Shown: positions 18,195-28,329, counted from the first letter of the stretch. The stretch: DNA of 64,000 bases from an uncultured Pseudomonadota bacterium (GCA_963847705.1 CAWKBC010000008.1:32001-96000), one strand, 5' to 3'. Program-made: numbers and translations. Notes: generated by a model from the letters alone, not told the origin.

Positions 18195-19259
18195 ATGAAG
18201 CACTCCCCGTTCCTGCTCGTCCTCTCGTTTGGTGTTGGACTCGTTGCCCTCGGCTGCAAGAGCGACGGGCCAGGCGGCTCGACCGGAACCGGCGGCAACG
18301 CGACCGGCGGTGTGACCGGGACCGGCGGCGGCGCCACCGGCGGCTCGCTCGGTACGGGCGGCGACGCGACCGGCGGCTCGCTCGGTACGGGCGGCAACGC
18401 GACCGGCGGCTCGCTCGGTACGGGCGGCAACGCGACCGGCGGTGTGACCGGGACCGGCGGCAACCCGACGGGAGGGACCGCCGGCCTCACCGGATCCGGC
18501 GGCACCGGTGGTGCGTCAACGGGTGGACCTGGAGGCGGTGCAGGCAGTGGAACCACGACCGGCACCGGAGGCGCAGCCGGGGGAACGACGTCGGGCTGTG
18601 CCTACAAGCTCTGCGAGGGCTTCGAGAGCGGCTCTGTCGGGGCGCTCCCCACCGGCTGGACCGCCTACGACGGCTACGGCAACGATGCCATGAAGGGGGT
18701 GGCGCTGGCCAGCGACCAGGCCCATTCGGGGACGATGTCGCTCAAGAGCAGCTCGATGACCCCCGGCGAGGAGCGGATTCAAAAGAGCCTCGCGGCGCTG
18801 GGCGCCACGGCGAACAAGCACTGGGGACGCATCTTCTACAAGGTGCAGACGCCGGTGCCGAGGACCTCCGCCGGCGTCTACTTTCACACCACGATGGTCG
18901 CGCTCGAGGGGACGACGGAGAACCGGGTGGTCGACTCCGTCCAGAGCCCCGACGGCACCCACCAGTGGATCTACAACGTGCCGGACGACTCCTGCTGCAC
19001 CGGCTCGGCTTACGACTGGACCTTCGACGCCAACTGGCACTGCGCCGAGTGGTACGTCGACACCACGATGAAGAGCTACCGCTTCTTCACCGACTCGACC
19101 GAGGTGACCTCGCTGGCGTTCACCAACAACGCCAACGCCAAGATGTCGAGCTACACGGCGCTCGTGATCGGATCGATCTTTTACCAGACGCCTCCGTCTC
19201 CGTTCGTCCTGTGGCTCGACGATCTCGTGATCGACGACACGCAGATCGGCTGCCAATAG
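18195..19259 (+). CDS. Lipoprotein with Gly/Thr linker and Cip1-like (beta-sandwich) domain
   Basis: Lipobox ALGC; LCEGFE..AHSG..SL..HWGRIFYK..WHCAEW..LWLDDLVIDDTQIGC, a pattern typical of Cip1-like/lyase-like domains. Confidence 0.7.
   Translation: MKHSPFLLVLSFGVGLVALGCKSDGPGGSTGTGGNATGGVTGTGGGATGGSLGTGGDATGGSLGTGGNATGGSLGTGGNATGGVTGTGGNPTGGTAGLTGSGGTGGASTGGPGGGAGSGTTTGTGGAAGGTTSGCAYKLCEGFESGSVGALPTGWTAYDGYGNDAMKGVALASDQAHSGTMSLKSSSMTPGEERIQKSLAALGATANKHWGRIFYKVQTPVPRTSAGVYFHTTMVALEGTTENRVVDSVQSPDGTHQWIYNVPDDSCCTGSAYDWTFDANWHCAEWYVDTTMKSYRFFTDSTEVTSLAFTNNANAKMSSYTALVIGSIFYQTPPSPFVLWLDDLVIDDTQIGCQ
18288..18470 (+). repeat. 33-bp (11-aa TGGNATGGSLG/VTG) coding tandem repeat, ~5.5 copies
   Basis: Repeated accggcggcaacgcgaccggcggctcgctcggt-type units. 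Confidence 0.85.
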
Positions 19260-19441
19260 CAGCGATTTGCGCGCCCAGAACTGCAGAACGACATTTCGGC
19301 TGCAGCGGGCCCCTTCGTCCGTGCTAGTGGGTTTGTGAGAAGCGAACTGCGCTGAGGCGATGATCGGGTTCGATCGCCCGAACGGGCGCGCGGAGGGAAC
19401 AGCACCGGCGGGCGTTCCAGGGCGAAGGGGGGAGATGATCC

Positions 19442-21622
19442 ATGAGGTTCAGGCTTTTCATGGTCGCCGTGGCCAGTCTTCTGGTCGTCGGCTGCAAGGT
19501 GGGCGGAGGCGGTGCGGTCGGCGTGACCATCGCGGGCGGCGCGGTGTCGGCGACGGGTGTGTCCTGGACCGCCAGCGAAATCCTCGGCCGCCCGACCGAT
19601 AGCTCGGTCACCCTCAAGGCGGTGGCCGCCGGCGGGGTCGAGGCTTACGTCGAATACGGCACCAGCTCAGGGAGCTATCCGGCCGCCACCACCTCGGCCA
19701 CCTTCTCCGACGGGTTCGTGGAAATTCTGGTTGGCTCGCTGTCGCCCGACACCCAGTACGTCTATCGCCTTCGCTCCCGCACCGCCGGCTCGACCGATGA
19801 CTTTGCCGCCAGCACGGAGCACAGCTTTCACACCCAGCGCCCGCGCGGGGAGACGTTCTCGTTCGCCGTCCAGGCGGACTCGCACCAGGGGTTCCCCGGG
19901 TTCTACGACGACGCGCTTTACCGGACGACCCTGCAGAACATCCTCGCCGAAGAGGACGACTTCATGCTCGACCTCGGGGACACCTTCAGCCTCGACGACG
20001 CCACGGAGACCGCCGCGACAGTCGCACAGAAATACGTCAACCAGCTGGCGGTCTTTGGCCTGGCCGCCCACTCGACGCCGGTGTTCTTGGTGCTCGGCAA
20101 CCACGAGAGAGAAGAAGGATGGAACCTGGCCGAGCTCGGCTCTGACGTGGCCGACACCTTGCCGGTGCTGAACGCCAACGCTCGCAAGCAGTACTTCGTG
20201 AACCCGGTTCCGGACAGCTTCTACTCCGGCGACACCGACATCTCCGGCGGATCCGGGTACGTCAGCGGCGACCACCTGCGTGGCGACTACTACGCGTTCG
20301 AGTGGGGCGACGCCCTGTTCGTGGCGATCGAGCCCTACTGGTACAGCATGAAGAAGCCGTACGCGGGGGAGATTGGAGGTGACCTGAGCACCGCTCCGGT
20401 CGGCACGCGCTGGGACTGGACGCTCGGGCAGCAGCAGTACCAATGGCTTGAGCAGACGCTCGCCAGCAGCACGGCCACCTACAAGTTCGTGTTCGCCCAC
20501 CACGTGGCGGGCGGCATCGACGATTACGGTCGAGGCGGCGTGCTCGCCGCCAGGTACTGCGAGTGGGGCGGCTACGACACCGACGGGACGACCTACACCT
20601 TCGACACCAACCGGCCGGGCTGGGCGATGCCGGTGCATCAGCTCCTGGCCCAGAACCACGTCAGCGTTTTCTTTCACGCCCACGATCACGTCTACGCCAA
20701 GGAGACCCTGGATGGCGTCGTCTATCAGGAGACGCCGATGGCGGCGAACGCCAACTACGACACCGGCTTCGATACCAACCCGACGGACTACGCCGGGACG
20801 ACGCTGATCCCGAACTCGGGGCACCTGAAAGTGACGGTCTCTCCGACGGCCGTGACCGTGGCCTACGTGAGATCGTTCAAGCCGGGCGACGGCAGCAACG
20901 GGTCGATCGCGGCGAGCTACACCCTGCCCGGCAGGTGTGGCACCCAGGACTCCGACGGCGACGGCACCGCCGACTGCATCGACGCCGGCCTGTCGCCAAC
21001 GGTCACGGAAGCTGGCACCGGCAGCTTGGGCGGGAGCGGCGGCGCTGTGGCCGCAAGGGGCGACGCGGAGACGCCCGGCATCGACGCGGCCGCGAGCGTC
21101 GGGGGTGCCGGCGGCACGAGCGGCGCCGGTGGCATCGCGGGCGCCAGCGCGAGCTCGGGCGTCGCTGGAATGGCGGGTGGGACCGGCGCGCCCGGAGGGG
21201 GCGGCGTCATCGGAGCCGGCGGGAGGGTGGGAGCTGCCGGCACAGCTGGAGGCGGCGGCGCACTCGGAGGCGGCGGCGCACTCGGAGCTGGCGGCGCACT
21301 CGGAGGCGGCGGCGCACTCGGAGCTGGCGGCGCACTCGGAGCTGGCGGCGCACTCGGAGGCGGCGGCGCACTCGGAGGCGGCGGCGCGACCGCGAACGGA
21401 CCCGCGGCCGGCGGTCGGACCGGGAACCATCCTGACGCGGGAGGCGCTGGTCCAACCTCGCAAGCGCCGACCGGCTGCAGCTGCTCCCTCGGCAACCAAG
21501 CCCCGGGCCCGGGCGCGCTCCTCCTCAGCCTGCTCGCGGGCGGTCTGGCGACTGGACGACGGCGTCGAGGCTCTCGCCCAGGATCGCCGCCATCTGGTCG
21601 ATCTCGTCGGGCGTCACGGTGA
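19442..21622 (+). CDS. Secreted metallophosphoesterase (purple-acid-phosphatase-like) with FN3-like N-domain and MYXO-CTERM-like tail
   Basis: Calcineurin-like motifs ADSH, DLGDTF, LGNHE, FAHH, HAHDH; DSDGDGTAD Ca-loop; tail GCSCSLG..PGALLLSLL..RRRR. Confidence 0.85.
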   Translation: MRFRLFMVAVASLLVVGCKVGGGGAVGVTIAGGAVSATGVSWTASEILGRPTDSSVTLKAVAAGGVEAYVEYGTSSGSYPAATTSATFSDGFVEILVGSLSPDTQYVYRLRSRTAGSTDDFAASTEHSFHTQRPRGETFSFAVQADSHQGFPGFYDDALYRTTLQNILAEEDDFMLDLGDTFSLDDATETAATVAQKYVNQLAVFGLAAHSTPVFLVLGNHEREEGWNLAELGSDVADTLPVLNANARKQYFVNPVPDSFYSGDTDISGGSGYVSGDHLRGDYYAFEWGDALFVAIEPYWYSMKKPYAGEIGGDLSTAPVGTRWDWTLGQQQYQWLEQTLASSTATYKFVFAHHVAGGIDDYGRGGVLAARYCEWGGYDTDGTTYTFDTNRPGWAMPVHQLLAQNHVSVFFHAHDHVYAKETLDGVVYQETPMAANANYDTGFDTNPTDYAGTTLIPNSGHLKVTVSPTAVTVAYVRSFKPGDGSNGSIAASYTLPGRCGTQDSDGDGTADCIDAGLSPTVTEAGTGSLGGSGGAVAARGDAETPGIDAAASVGGAGGTSGAGGIAGASASSGVAGMAGGTGAPGGGGVIGAGGRVGAAGTAGGGGALGGGGALGAGGALGGGGALGAGGALGAGGALGGGGALGGGGATANGPAAGGRTGNHPDAGGAGPTSQAPTGCSCSLGNQAPGPGALLLSLLAGGLATGRRRRGSRPGSPPSGRSRRASR
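21248..21388 (+). repeat. 18-bp (GGGGAL/GAGGAL) coding tandem repeat, ~7.8 copies
   Basis: ggaggcggcggcgcactc / ggagctggcggcgcactc units. Confidence 0.9.
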
Positions 21623-22979
21623 GCGGCGGGAAGAGGTACATGGTGTCGCCGATCGGGCGCAGCAGCGCGCCGCGCCGGACCGCCTCGCGGTAGATCGCGT
21701 AGCCGGTGCGACGGGCGGGATCGCGCGCGCTGCCGTCCGCGTCCCGGACGTCGACGGCGGCCACCATCCCGCAGGCGCGCAGGTTGCGGAGATAGGGGCG
21801 CGACGCCGCGACCGACTCCAGCGCCCCGCGCAGCCGGGGCCCGAACGCCGCCACACGTCCCAGCAGATCGTCGGCGGCGAAGACGTCGAGCACGGCGTTG
21901 GCCACCGCCACCCCGAGCGCGTTGCCGGTGTAGGTGTTCGAATGGAGAAAGGCGCGCCCCTCCGAATAGTCTGCGTCGAAGAGCGCGTAGACCGCGTCGG
22001 TGGTCAGCACGGCCGACAGCGGCAGCACGCCCCCGGTCAGCCCCTTGGAGAGCGCCGCGAAATCGGGGAGCGCGGCGGTCGAGACGCGTCCCTCCCCCTC
22101 GGCGAGGTGACTCGCCAGAACCGCCCCGAGGCGCCCCATTCCCGAGGCGATCTCGTCGGCGATCAGGTAAACGCCGTGCGCGTCGGCCCAGCGGCGCAGC
22201 CGGCGCAACAGATCGGGACTGAAGAGCAGCATGCCGCCGGCCGCCTGCAGAACCGGCTCGTAGATGATCGCCGCCAGGCAATCGGCCTCGGCGGTGAGAG
22301 CCCGCTCGATCGCCGGCCAGGCCTCACTTGCGTCGAGCCAGAGGGGATCGTGGGGGCCGCTTCGATAAGGGAGCGCGCGCAGCCGCTGCACCGGAAAGCA
22401 GAGCGAGCGGTAGGGCGCCGCGTAGAGCTCCAGATCGCCGACGGAGAGCGCACCGACGGTCTCGCCGTGGTAGCCGTTCTCCAGCGCCACGAACCGCGTT
22501 CGCCCCGGCATCCCCCGCTGCGCCTGCGCCTGGAGCGCCATCTTCAGCGCGATCTCGACCGCGGTCGAGCCGTTGTCGGCCAGGAACACCTTGCCGAAGT
22601 GGCCGGGCCGCCGACCTGGCGGCGCCGCCGCTCCCCAGGCCTCGGGCGGGTGGCCGTTGGCGGCGGCCAGCAGCCGCTCGCAGAGCCGCACCAGGGGCGC
22701 GCTGGTGGTGTTGGCGGTGATGACGTGCTCGAACATCTCTTGCTGGTCGCGCAGCGCCGCCGACAGCCGCGGATGACCGTGACCGAGCGCCTTGCACCAC
22801 CAGCTGGAGATGGCGTCGAGGATCTCACGCCCGTCGGCCAGGCGCAGCCGCGCCCCCTGCGCGCCGACCACCTCGAGGGGCGGGAAGTCCAGGTAGTCGC
22901 GCATCTGGCCGCAGGGGTGCCAGAACGAGGCCAGGTCTCGGGCCGCCAGATCATCTGGCGGCCCGCCGAGGATCGTCAT
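21525..22979 (-). CDS. bioA: Adenosylmethionine--8-amino-7-oxononanoate aminotransferase
   Basis: WHPCGQM, DAISSWW..LGHGHP, DNGSTAVEIALKMA, YHGET.GALSVG, LIADEIASG.GR, SKGLTGG.LPLS, HSNTYTGN, LLRPIG. Confidence 0.93.
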   Translation of the reverse strand: MTILGGPPDDLAARDLASFWHPCGQMRDYLDFPPLEVVGAQGARLRLADGREILDAISSWWCKALGHGHPRLSAALRDQQEMFEHVITANTTSAPLVRLCERLLAAANGHPPEAWGAAAPPGRRPGHFGKVFLADNGSTAVEIALKMALQAQAQRGMPGRTRFVALENGYHGETVGALSVGDLELYAAPYRSLCFPVQRLRALPYRSGPHDPLWLDASEAWPAIERALTAEADCLAAIIYEPVLQAAGGMLLFSPDLLRRLRRWADAHGVYLIADEIASGMGRLGAVLASHLAEGEGRVSTAALPDFAALSKGLTGGVLPLSAVLTTDAVYALFDADYSEGRAFLHSNTYTGNALGVAVANAVLDVFAADDLLGRVAAFGPRLRGALESVAASRPYLRNLRACGMVAAVDVRDADGSARDPARRTGYAIYREAVRRGALLRPIGDTMYLFPPLTVTPDEIDQMAAILGESLDAVVQSPDRPRAG

Positions 22980-23154
22980 GCCTCTTTGACTAGCACGACC
23001 GGGGCGCTCGGGTGGATGCCCCCTCTTCGCCCGCGGCGCGGACGGATGGCCCACCCACCGCCGAGGAGGCTGAACAATGCATGCCGCCCGTCGCGACACC
23101 ACCGCCCGCACCCGTCACTGATACCCTCGAGCTCTTCGAGGCTGTCGGTCGGTG

Positions 23155-25338
23155 TCAGGACCTAGGGGCGCGACGTCGCCGCACCGAGAGCGCGCAACCA
23201 ACGAGGAACAGAACCGTCACCAAGACGTGGGGATCTCCGTCGGTGAGCGCGCACGCACAGCCCGCGGTCATGGGCGGGGTGCTGCTGAGGCCGACGTTGG
23301 TGGAGCTGCCACCCTTGACCGCTGCACCGTCCGGCGTTGCGCCCGCGTCGGCGGAGCCTCCTCCGCCTGCCGAGCCGGTCGCGCCGCCCGCGCTGCCGGA
23401 GTCGGTCGACCCTCCGCCGGTCGCGCCCGAACAGGCGGTCAGCGCGTAGCTCGCCGTCTGTCCATCGGCGAGGGCCAGGTAGGAGATGGTCTGCCCGGCG
23501 TAGCTCTCCGCTCCAGGCGTGCAGAGGCCGGTGACAGGGATCGTGGCCGCGTGAGCGACCGTGATGGTGAGGGTGCCGCCACCGACGGTGGCGACCACCC
23601 CCGAGGCGTCGAGCGCCATCCGGTTCCTCACCCGTGTGGCGAGGTCGTCCATGGTCGGGCTCACGATCGGGAAGCTCATCACGGCGGCGTACTTCGCGAA
23701 GGTCTGGTCGAGCAGATCGCTGAGCAGGCTGTGCCCCGCGCCGTCGTAGTTGCGCGTGTTGGCCTGGTGAAACATCCAGGGATCGTTGCTGCCGTTGAGC
23801 ATCAGCCTGTAGAGCTCGTCGCTCTGCGCGCCCTCAAGGGTCGGGTAGTCCATCGCGGCGGGCGACTCCAGCACCTGGTACTCCGGGATCCACTCCGACG
23901 GCTGTGAAACGTTGAAGTAGAGATTGGTCGGCTTGCGGGGGATCTCCAGCACGGAAGGCTCGAGCGCGTTCCAGATGCCGATGTTGGGCGAGGGGTTGTC
24001 TTCACCCTGCACCGAGGTGTCGCTCACGATCTGCTGGATGCCGGCGTCGTGGATCGCGCGCATGGCGTCCGCGCTTCCCAGCCCCGAGATGTTGGGCGTC
24101 ACTGCGTTGATCGTCGCGTAGGGCATGAGCCCGAGCCCGCGCAGATACTGATCGTTCTGGGTGAACTCCTGGAGCACGTCGGCGTAGCTGAGCCCGTCGA
24201 GCACCGGATGATCCCAGCTGTGGTTGATCCACTCGAAGGTCGGCCCGAGCGCGACCGCCTTGGCGGTCAGCGGATCTCCGGGGCGGGACGAGGAGCCCGC
24301 GCCGTTGCAGGCAAAGGCAGCCCGGAAGCCGGCGGTGAGCGGTTTGGCCTGCGTCGCGGTCTGCCAGTCGGCGAACGACTGCAGATCGGCGTCGGTGATC
24401 CGGTAGACGCCGCCCGTGTAGATCGCGCTGGAGAGAAACAGATCGTCGATCTGAGGCACGGCGTAGACGTGACGTTCGCCGACGAAGAGGCCCCGCGTCG
24501 CCCAGCTCACCAGCCCGTAGGCCAGCTCGAGGTAGGAGACGTAAGACGATGCCTGACCGAAGGTGAGCGCCAGCGCCTCCCGCCCGTCCGGGTAGGTGCG
24601 GGTGGCGGCGTAGATGTTCCCGCTGGCGTCGGCGAGCAAGGGGATCGTCGCGCTGTCGGCGGCCATCGTCGGATAGGCGTACCCCTGGTTGATCAGGACG
24701 GGGTTCGCGCAGTTGGCTCCCACGAACACCGCCTTCCCGGCCGCCGTGCAGGTCGTCGAGATGGGCGTCATCGTCGGGTCGACGCCGACGTCGTTGTCGA
24801 CGAAACCGTACGACGCGTCCGGCGACGTGTAGAGCGAGACCCGGCGGACCCCGAACTCGACCTCATAGGTCGTGAGAACGGTCCACTCGGCGTCGGTGAA
24901 GGCGCTGGCGCCGCCGGTGGAGAGGTCGCCCACGTCGAGGAAGATGGCGTTGTATTTCCCGTGCGCGCCGGAGGCCAGAGCGTCGGCGGTGAGTGCCGGT
25001 CCCGTCGAGGCGTTGAGCACGTCGAACGGCGTCCCCAGATACTGCAGCGTTGCCTGAATCGCTCCGAATGAGTCGCTGGTCCCCTTGGCGCTGATGACGA
25101 GGATGCGCGCGTCGACCGTCGCGTTGGCGATCGGAGAGGCGCCGGTGTCCGGCGCGCTGTTGATGCCGGTCGCCGCCGCTATCGGCCCGATGATCACCGG
25201 CGCGACGGCGGCCGGCGCCCGCGAGATCCGTCCCTGCGCCACCAAGGCCGCGCCTTCATCGGGAGGGTTGCACCCGAGCGCAACCCACGACAACCCCACG
25301 ACGACCCACGAGACCAGCCAACCGTTCTTCATCGCCAC
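23155..25338 (-). CDS. Agd3-like (CE18-type) polysaccharide deacetylase lipoprotein with MYXO-CTERM-like tail
   Basis: LSWVALGC lipobox; GERHVYAVPQIDDLFL, WINHSWDH, IPRKPTNLYFNV, PWMFHQAN match Agd3-type motifs; tail GCACAL..LFLVG..RRRR. Confidence 0.75.
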   Translation of the reverse strand: MAMKNGWLVSWVVVGLSWVALGCNPPDEGAALVAQGRISRAPAAVAPVIIGPIAAATGINSAPDTGASPIANATVDARILVISAKGTSDSFGAIQATLQYLGTPFDVLNASTGPALTADALASGAHGKYNAIFLDVGDLSTGGASAFTDAEWTVLTTYEVEFGVRRVSLYTSPDASYGFVDNDVGVDPTMTPISTTCTAAGKAVFVGANCANPVLINQGYAYPTMAADSATIPLLADASGNIYAATRTYPDGREALALTFGQASSYVSYLELAYGLVSWATRGLFVGERHVYAVPQIDDLFLSSAIYTGGVYRITDADLQSFADWQTATQAKPLTAGFRAAFACNGAGSSSRPGDPLTAKAVALGPTFEWINHSWDHPVLDGLSYADVLQEFTQNDQYLRGLGLMPYATINAVTPNISGLGSADAMRAIHDAGIQQIVSDTSVQGEDNPSPNIGIWNALEPSVLEIPRKPTNLYFNVSQPSEWIPEYQVLESPAAMDYPTLEGAQSDELYRLMLNGSNDPWMFHQANTRNYDGAGHSLLSDLLDQTFAKYAAVMSFPIVSPTMDDLATRVRNRMALDASGVVATVGGGTLTITVAHAATIPVTGLCTPGAESYAGQTISYLALADGQTASYALTACSGATGGGSTDSGSAGGATGSAGGGGSADAGATPDGAAVKGGSSTNVGLSSTPPMTAGCACALTDGDPHVLVTVLFLVGCALSVRRRRAPRS

Positions 25339-25380
25339 ACCCCCCGCCTGCAGGAATCGAGATCAGCGAAGCGGAAGACA

Positions 25381-25395
25381 GCAGGAGACGTGCCA
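25381..25395 (-). promoter_or_regulatory. Putative sigma54 promoter for the Agd3-like gene
   Basis: Minus strand TGGCACG-TCTC-CTGC (GG-N10-GC), ~45 bp upstream of the start. Confidence 0.6.
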
Positions 25396-25483
25396 CGCGC
25401 GCACGCACGCATCCGGACGCGCGCAGCTACCGTTCCGTGCGCTCGGAGTCGCGCGCCGTTCCGCCGCGCTCACTCCTTAGGGA

Positions 25484-26842
25484 TCAGTCCGTACCGTCGC
25501 TGCGGGATCCGCCGAGGCCGTGCTCTTCCAGCTTGGCGTAGAGCTGGGGCCGTCCGATGCCGAGCAGGCGGGCCGCCGCCGAACGGTTTCCTTTGGCGCG
25601 CTCGAGCGCGCGCAGGATGAGCTGCTTCTCCACCCGCGCCACCGCGCCGTGCAGGGAGAGATCGTCGTCGTCGGTCGGCGCTCCTGCCGGCGCGGCGTCG
25701 GCGCGCAGGCTGTCAGGCAGATCCCCGACGTCGATCACCTCTCCGGCGCAGAGAACCGCCGCGCGCTCGAGCACGTGAAAGAGCTCGCGCACGTTGCCGG
25801 GCCAGGGATTGACCAGCAGCCGTTGCATCGCCGCCTCCGACACCGCCCGCGCCGACCTCCCCCGCAAGGCATGCGCGACCAGGAGCGGAATGTCGCTGCG
25901 GCGCGCGCGCAGCGGCGGCAGCTCGATCTCGATGACCGCCAGCCGGTAGTAGAGCTCCTCACGGAGCGTCACCCCGGCGGCGCCCGGCCGGACCGGGCGG
26001 TTGGTCGCGGCGATGATGCGAACGTCTCCGGTGATCGGATCGTTTCCCCCCACGCGCTCGTAGGTCCCCTCCTGAACGACGCGCAAGAGCTTCGATTGCA
26101 GCGAGGGATCGAGGTCGCCGATCTCGTCGAGAAACAGCGTACCGCCCGCCGCCGCTTCGAACCGGCCGCTGCGGCGTGTGACCGCCCCGGTGAAGGCGCC
26201 CCGCTCGTGGCCGAACAGCTCACTCTCGATCAAGGTGGGTGGCAGAGCGGCCTGGTTCACGGCGACGAATGCTTTGCGGGCGCGCGGCGAGTAGGTATGA
26301 ATCGCCCGCGCCACCAGCTCCTTGCCCGTCCCCGTCTCGCCGGTGATGAGCACCGGCGCCGTGGAAGCCGAGGCGCGACCGATGAGCTTCCAGATCGCCA
26401 GCATGGCCGCGCTGGTTCCCACCAGATCCTGACGCGCCTCGGGCGCATCGAGGACCGGCCCCGCCTCGCGCGCCAAGGCCCGCTGGTTGAGCGCGCGCTC
26501 GATGGTGGCCCGGAGGATCTCCAGGTCGAACGGCTTGGTCAGGTAGTCGAACGCCCCGTCGCGCATGGCGCGGATCGTCCGCTCGCTGTCGCCATAGGCG
26601 GTGGCGACGATGACCGGCACGCCGCGCGCGGTGGCCCGCAGCTCGACCAGGTAGTCGAGCCCGTCGCCGTCGCGCAGTCGAATGTCCAGCAACACACAGT
26701 CGATCGCCTGCGCGGCCACCAGGGCGCGCGCCTCGCCGATCCCGGCCGCGGCGTGCGCCTCGCACCCCATCGCCTTCGCCACGTCACAGAGCCCCTGGCG
26801 CAGCCCCACCTCGTCCTCGACGATCAGCACCGCCCGCTTCAT
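25484..26842 (-). CDS. Sigma54-dependent response regulator (NtrC/AtoC family)
   Basis: Receiver domain (IVEDE, LLDI, TKPF); AAA+ GETGTGKE, GAFTGA, FLDEIG, WPGNVREL; Fis HTH. Confidence 0.96.
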   Translation of the reverse strand: MKRAVLIVEDEVGLRQGLCDVAKAMGCEAHAAAGIGEARALVAAQAIDCVLLDIRLRDGDGLDYLVELRATARGVPVIVATAYGDSERTIRAMRDGAFDYLTKPFDLEILRATIERALNQRALAREAGPVLDAPEARQDLVGTSAAMLAIWKLIGRASASTAPVLITGETGTGKELVARAIHTYSPRARKAFVAVNQAALPPTLIESELFGHERGAFTGAVTRRSGRFEAAAGGTLFLDEIGDLDPSLQSKLLRVVQEGTYERVGGNDPITGDVRIIAATNRPVRPGAAGVTLREELYYRLAVIEIELPPLRARRSDIPLLVAHALRGRSARAVSEAAMQRLLVNPWPGNVRELFHVLERAAVLCAGEVIDVGDLPDSLRADAAPAGAPTDDDDLSLHGAVARVEKQLILRALERAKGNRSAAARLLGIGRPQLYAKLEEHGLGGSRSDGTD

Positions 26843-28257
26843 GCGCGCGCGTCCTGTTCGAGGGGCGCCTGCGCGTCGCGCCTGGCCACGGGCAAGATCA
26901 GCTCCAGCCGGGTGACCTCACTGTCACGCCAGTAGGTCAGATCGCCGCCATGCGCGCGCGCGATGGCGCGCGAGATCGCCAGCCCCAGGCCCGTGCCGTC
27001 GGGCTTGGTGGTGAAGAAGGGCTCGAAGATCTCACCGGCGCGTCCGGCCGGCACGCCGGCGCCCAGATCGGCGACCCGCACCCGCACCTGATCGTCGTCG
27101 ACCTCGACGGTGGCGTCGACGGTGGCGCCGTCGGGTGAAGCCTCGACTGCGTTGCGCAGGACGTTGTCGAACGCGCGCGCCAGCGCATCACCGTCGCCGA
27201 TCGCCTCGCCCGACCCGCGCGCGGTGATCGCCACGCGCCGCAGCGCCGCCCAGGGGGCCAGCGCCTCGGCGCGCGCGCGCAAGAGGCGGGCGACGTCGAG
27301 CGGCGCGCGCGGCCCGAGCGCCCGCCCCGCCACGATCAGGAGATCCGCCACCAACCGATCGAGCCGCGTGATCTCCGAGGAGGCGTGGTCGATGGCGGCG
27401 CGCGCCTCGGGCGGCAGCGCGACGCCTCCGGACGCCAGGTCGAGCCGCAGCTTGATCGACGCCAGCGGGTTCCGCACCTCGTGGGCGACGCCGGCCACCA
27501 CCCGTCCCAGCGCCGCCAGACGTTCCTGTCGCGCCAGATCACGCCCCATCTGCTCCTGAATTCGCCGCGCCTCCTCGAGCCGGCGCGCCAGCGTCCCGAT
27601 CCCGACCGCGATGTCGTCCAGCTCCCCGATCTCCGATCGGGGAACCGGAGCGGTCAGATCGTCCGCCAGCGCGGCAAGCGCCCCCTGCAACCCCGAGGCG
27701 GCGCGCCTCACGGAGACCAGCGAATAGGCGGCGCTGGCGACCAGCAGCAGCGCCGAAAAGGCGAGCGCCACCACCAGCAGCCGCCAGCTCTGCAACGTGG
27801 GGGACGGCCGCACCGGGACGGCCGCCCACAGGAGCGTGCCGCTGGCGCTGGGCGCGACGCGGGCGACCAGCTCACCGCCGTCGATCTCGGATTCGTTCTC
27901 CGCCGGCTGGGCGCTCCCCGCGGCGCGGGTCGCGGTCGTTCGCATCGACTCGCGCCAGGTGGCCGGAACCGACGCCGCGATCTGCGCAGGCGCCGTCGCG
28001 CCGGTGGCCAGGCCTCCGCGCAGCCCGACCACCGTCGAGAAGGTCGAGGCGATCGCGGCCGGCCCGAGCGACGCGAGGCGATCGATCTCGTCGCGCACCG
28101 CTTCGCGCCCGCGCTCCAGCCGCTGAGCGCGGGTCACCGAGATGGCGCGGTAGAGCGCATCGGCGGAGAGCGCCGCGGTCAGCAGCCCCAACAACGCGAC
28201 CGCCATCAGACGATGGCGAATTCCTCGGCCGATCCGCACGCGGTCGTCGTCAAGCAA
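26839..28257 (-). CDS. Membrane sensor histidine kinase
   Basis: Two TM helices; AHEVRNPL, NVLRNAVEA, D.GAG, FEPFFTTK..GTGLGL; 4-bp overlap with the regulator. Confidence 0.95.
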   Translation of the reverse strand: MLDDDRVRIGRGIRHRLMAVALLGLLTAALSADALYRAISVTRAQRLERGREAVRDEIDRLASLGPAAIASTFSTVVGLRGGLATGATAPAQIAASVPATWRESMRTTATRAAGSAQPAENESEIDGGELVARVAPSASGTLLWAAVPVRPSPTLQSWRLLVVALAFSALLLVASAAYSLVSVRRAASGLQGALAALADDLTAPVPRSEIGELDDIAVGIGTLARRLEEARRIQEQMGRDLARQERLAALGRVVAGVAHEVRNPLASIKLRLDLASGGVALPPEARAAIDHASSEITRLDRLVADLLIVAGRALGPRAPLDVARLLRARAEALAPWAALRRVAITARGSGEAIGDGDALARAFDNVLRNAVEASPDGATVDATVEVDDDQVRVRVADLGAGVPAGRAGEIFEPFFTTKPDGTGLGLAISRAIARAHGGDLTYWRDSEVTRLELILPVARRDAQAPLEQDARA

Positions 28258-28329
28258 GCGCGATACCGCCCGGTTGTCGCCGGAACGCCGCGTTCCACCG
28301 GCACGCGTGCTGCCTCAACCCCCTACAGG

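Noticed and set aside
21248-21388. Possible CRISPR array (also 18288-18470 and ~51850-52110)
   Set aside because: These are in-frame low-complexity coding repeats with no unique spacers, and no cas genes are present.
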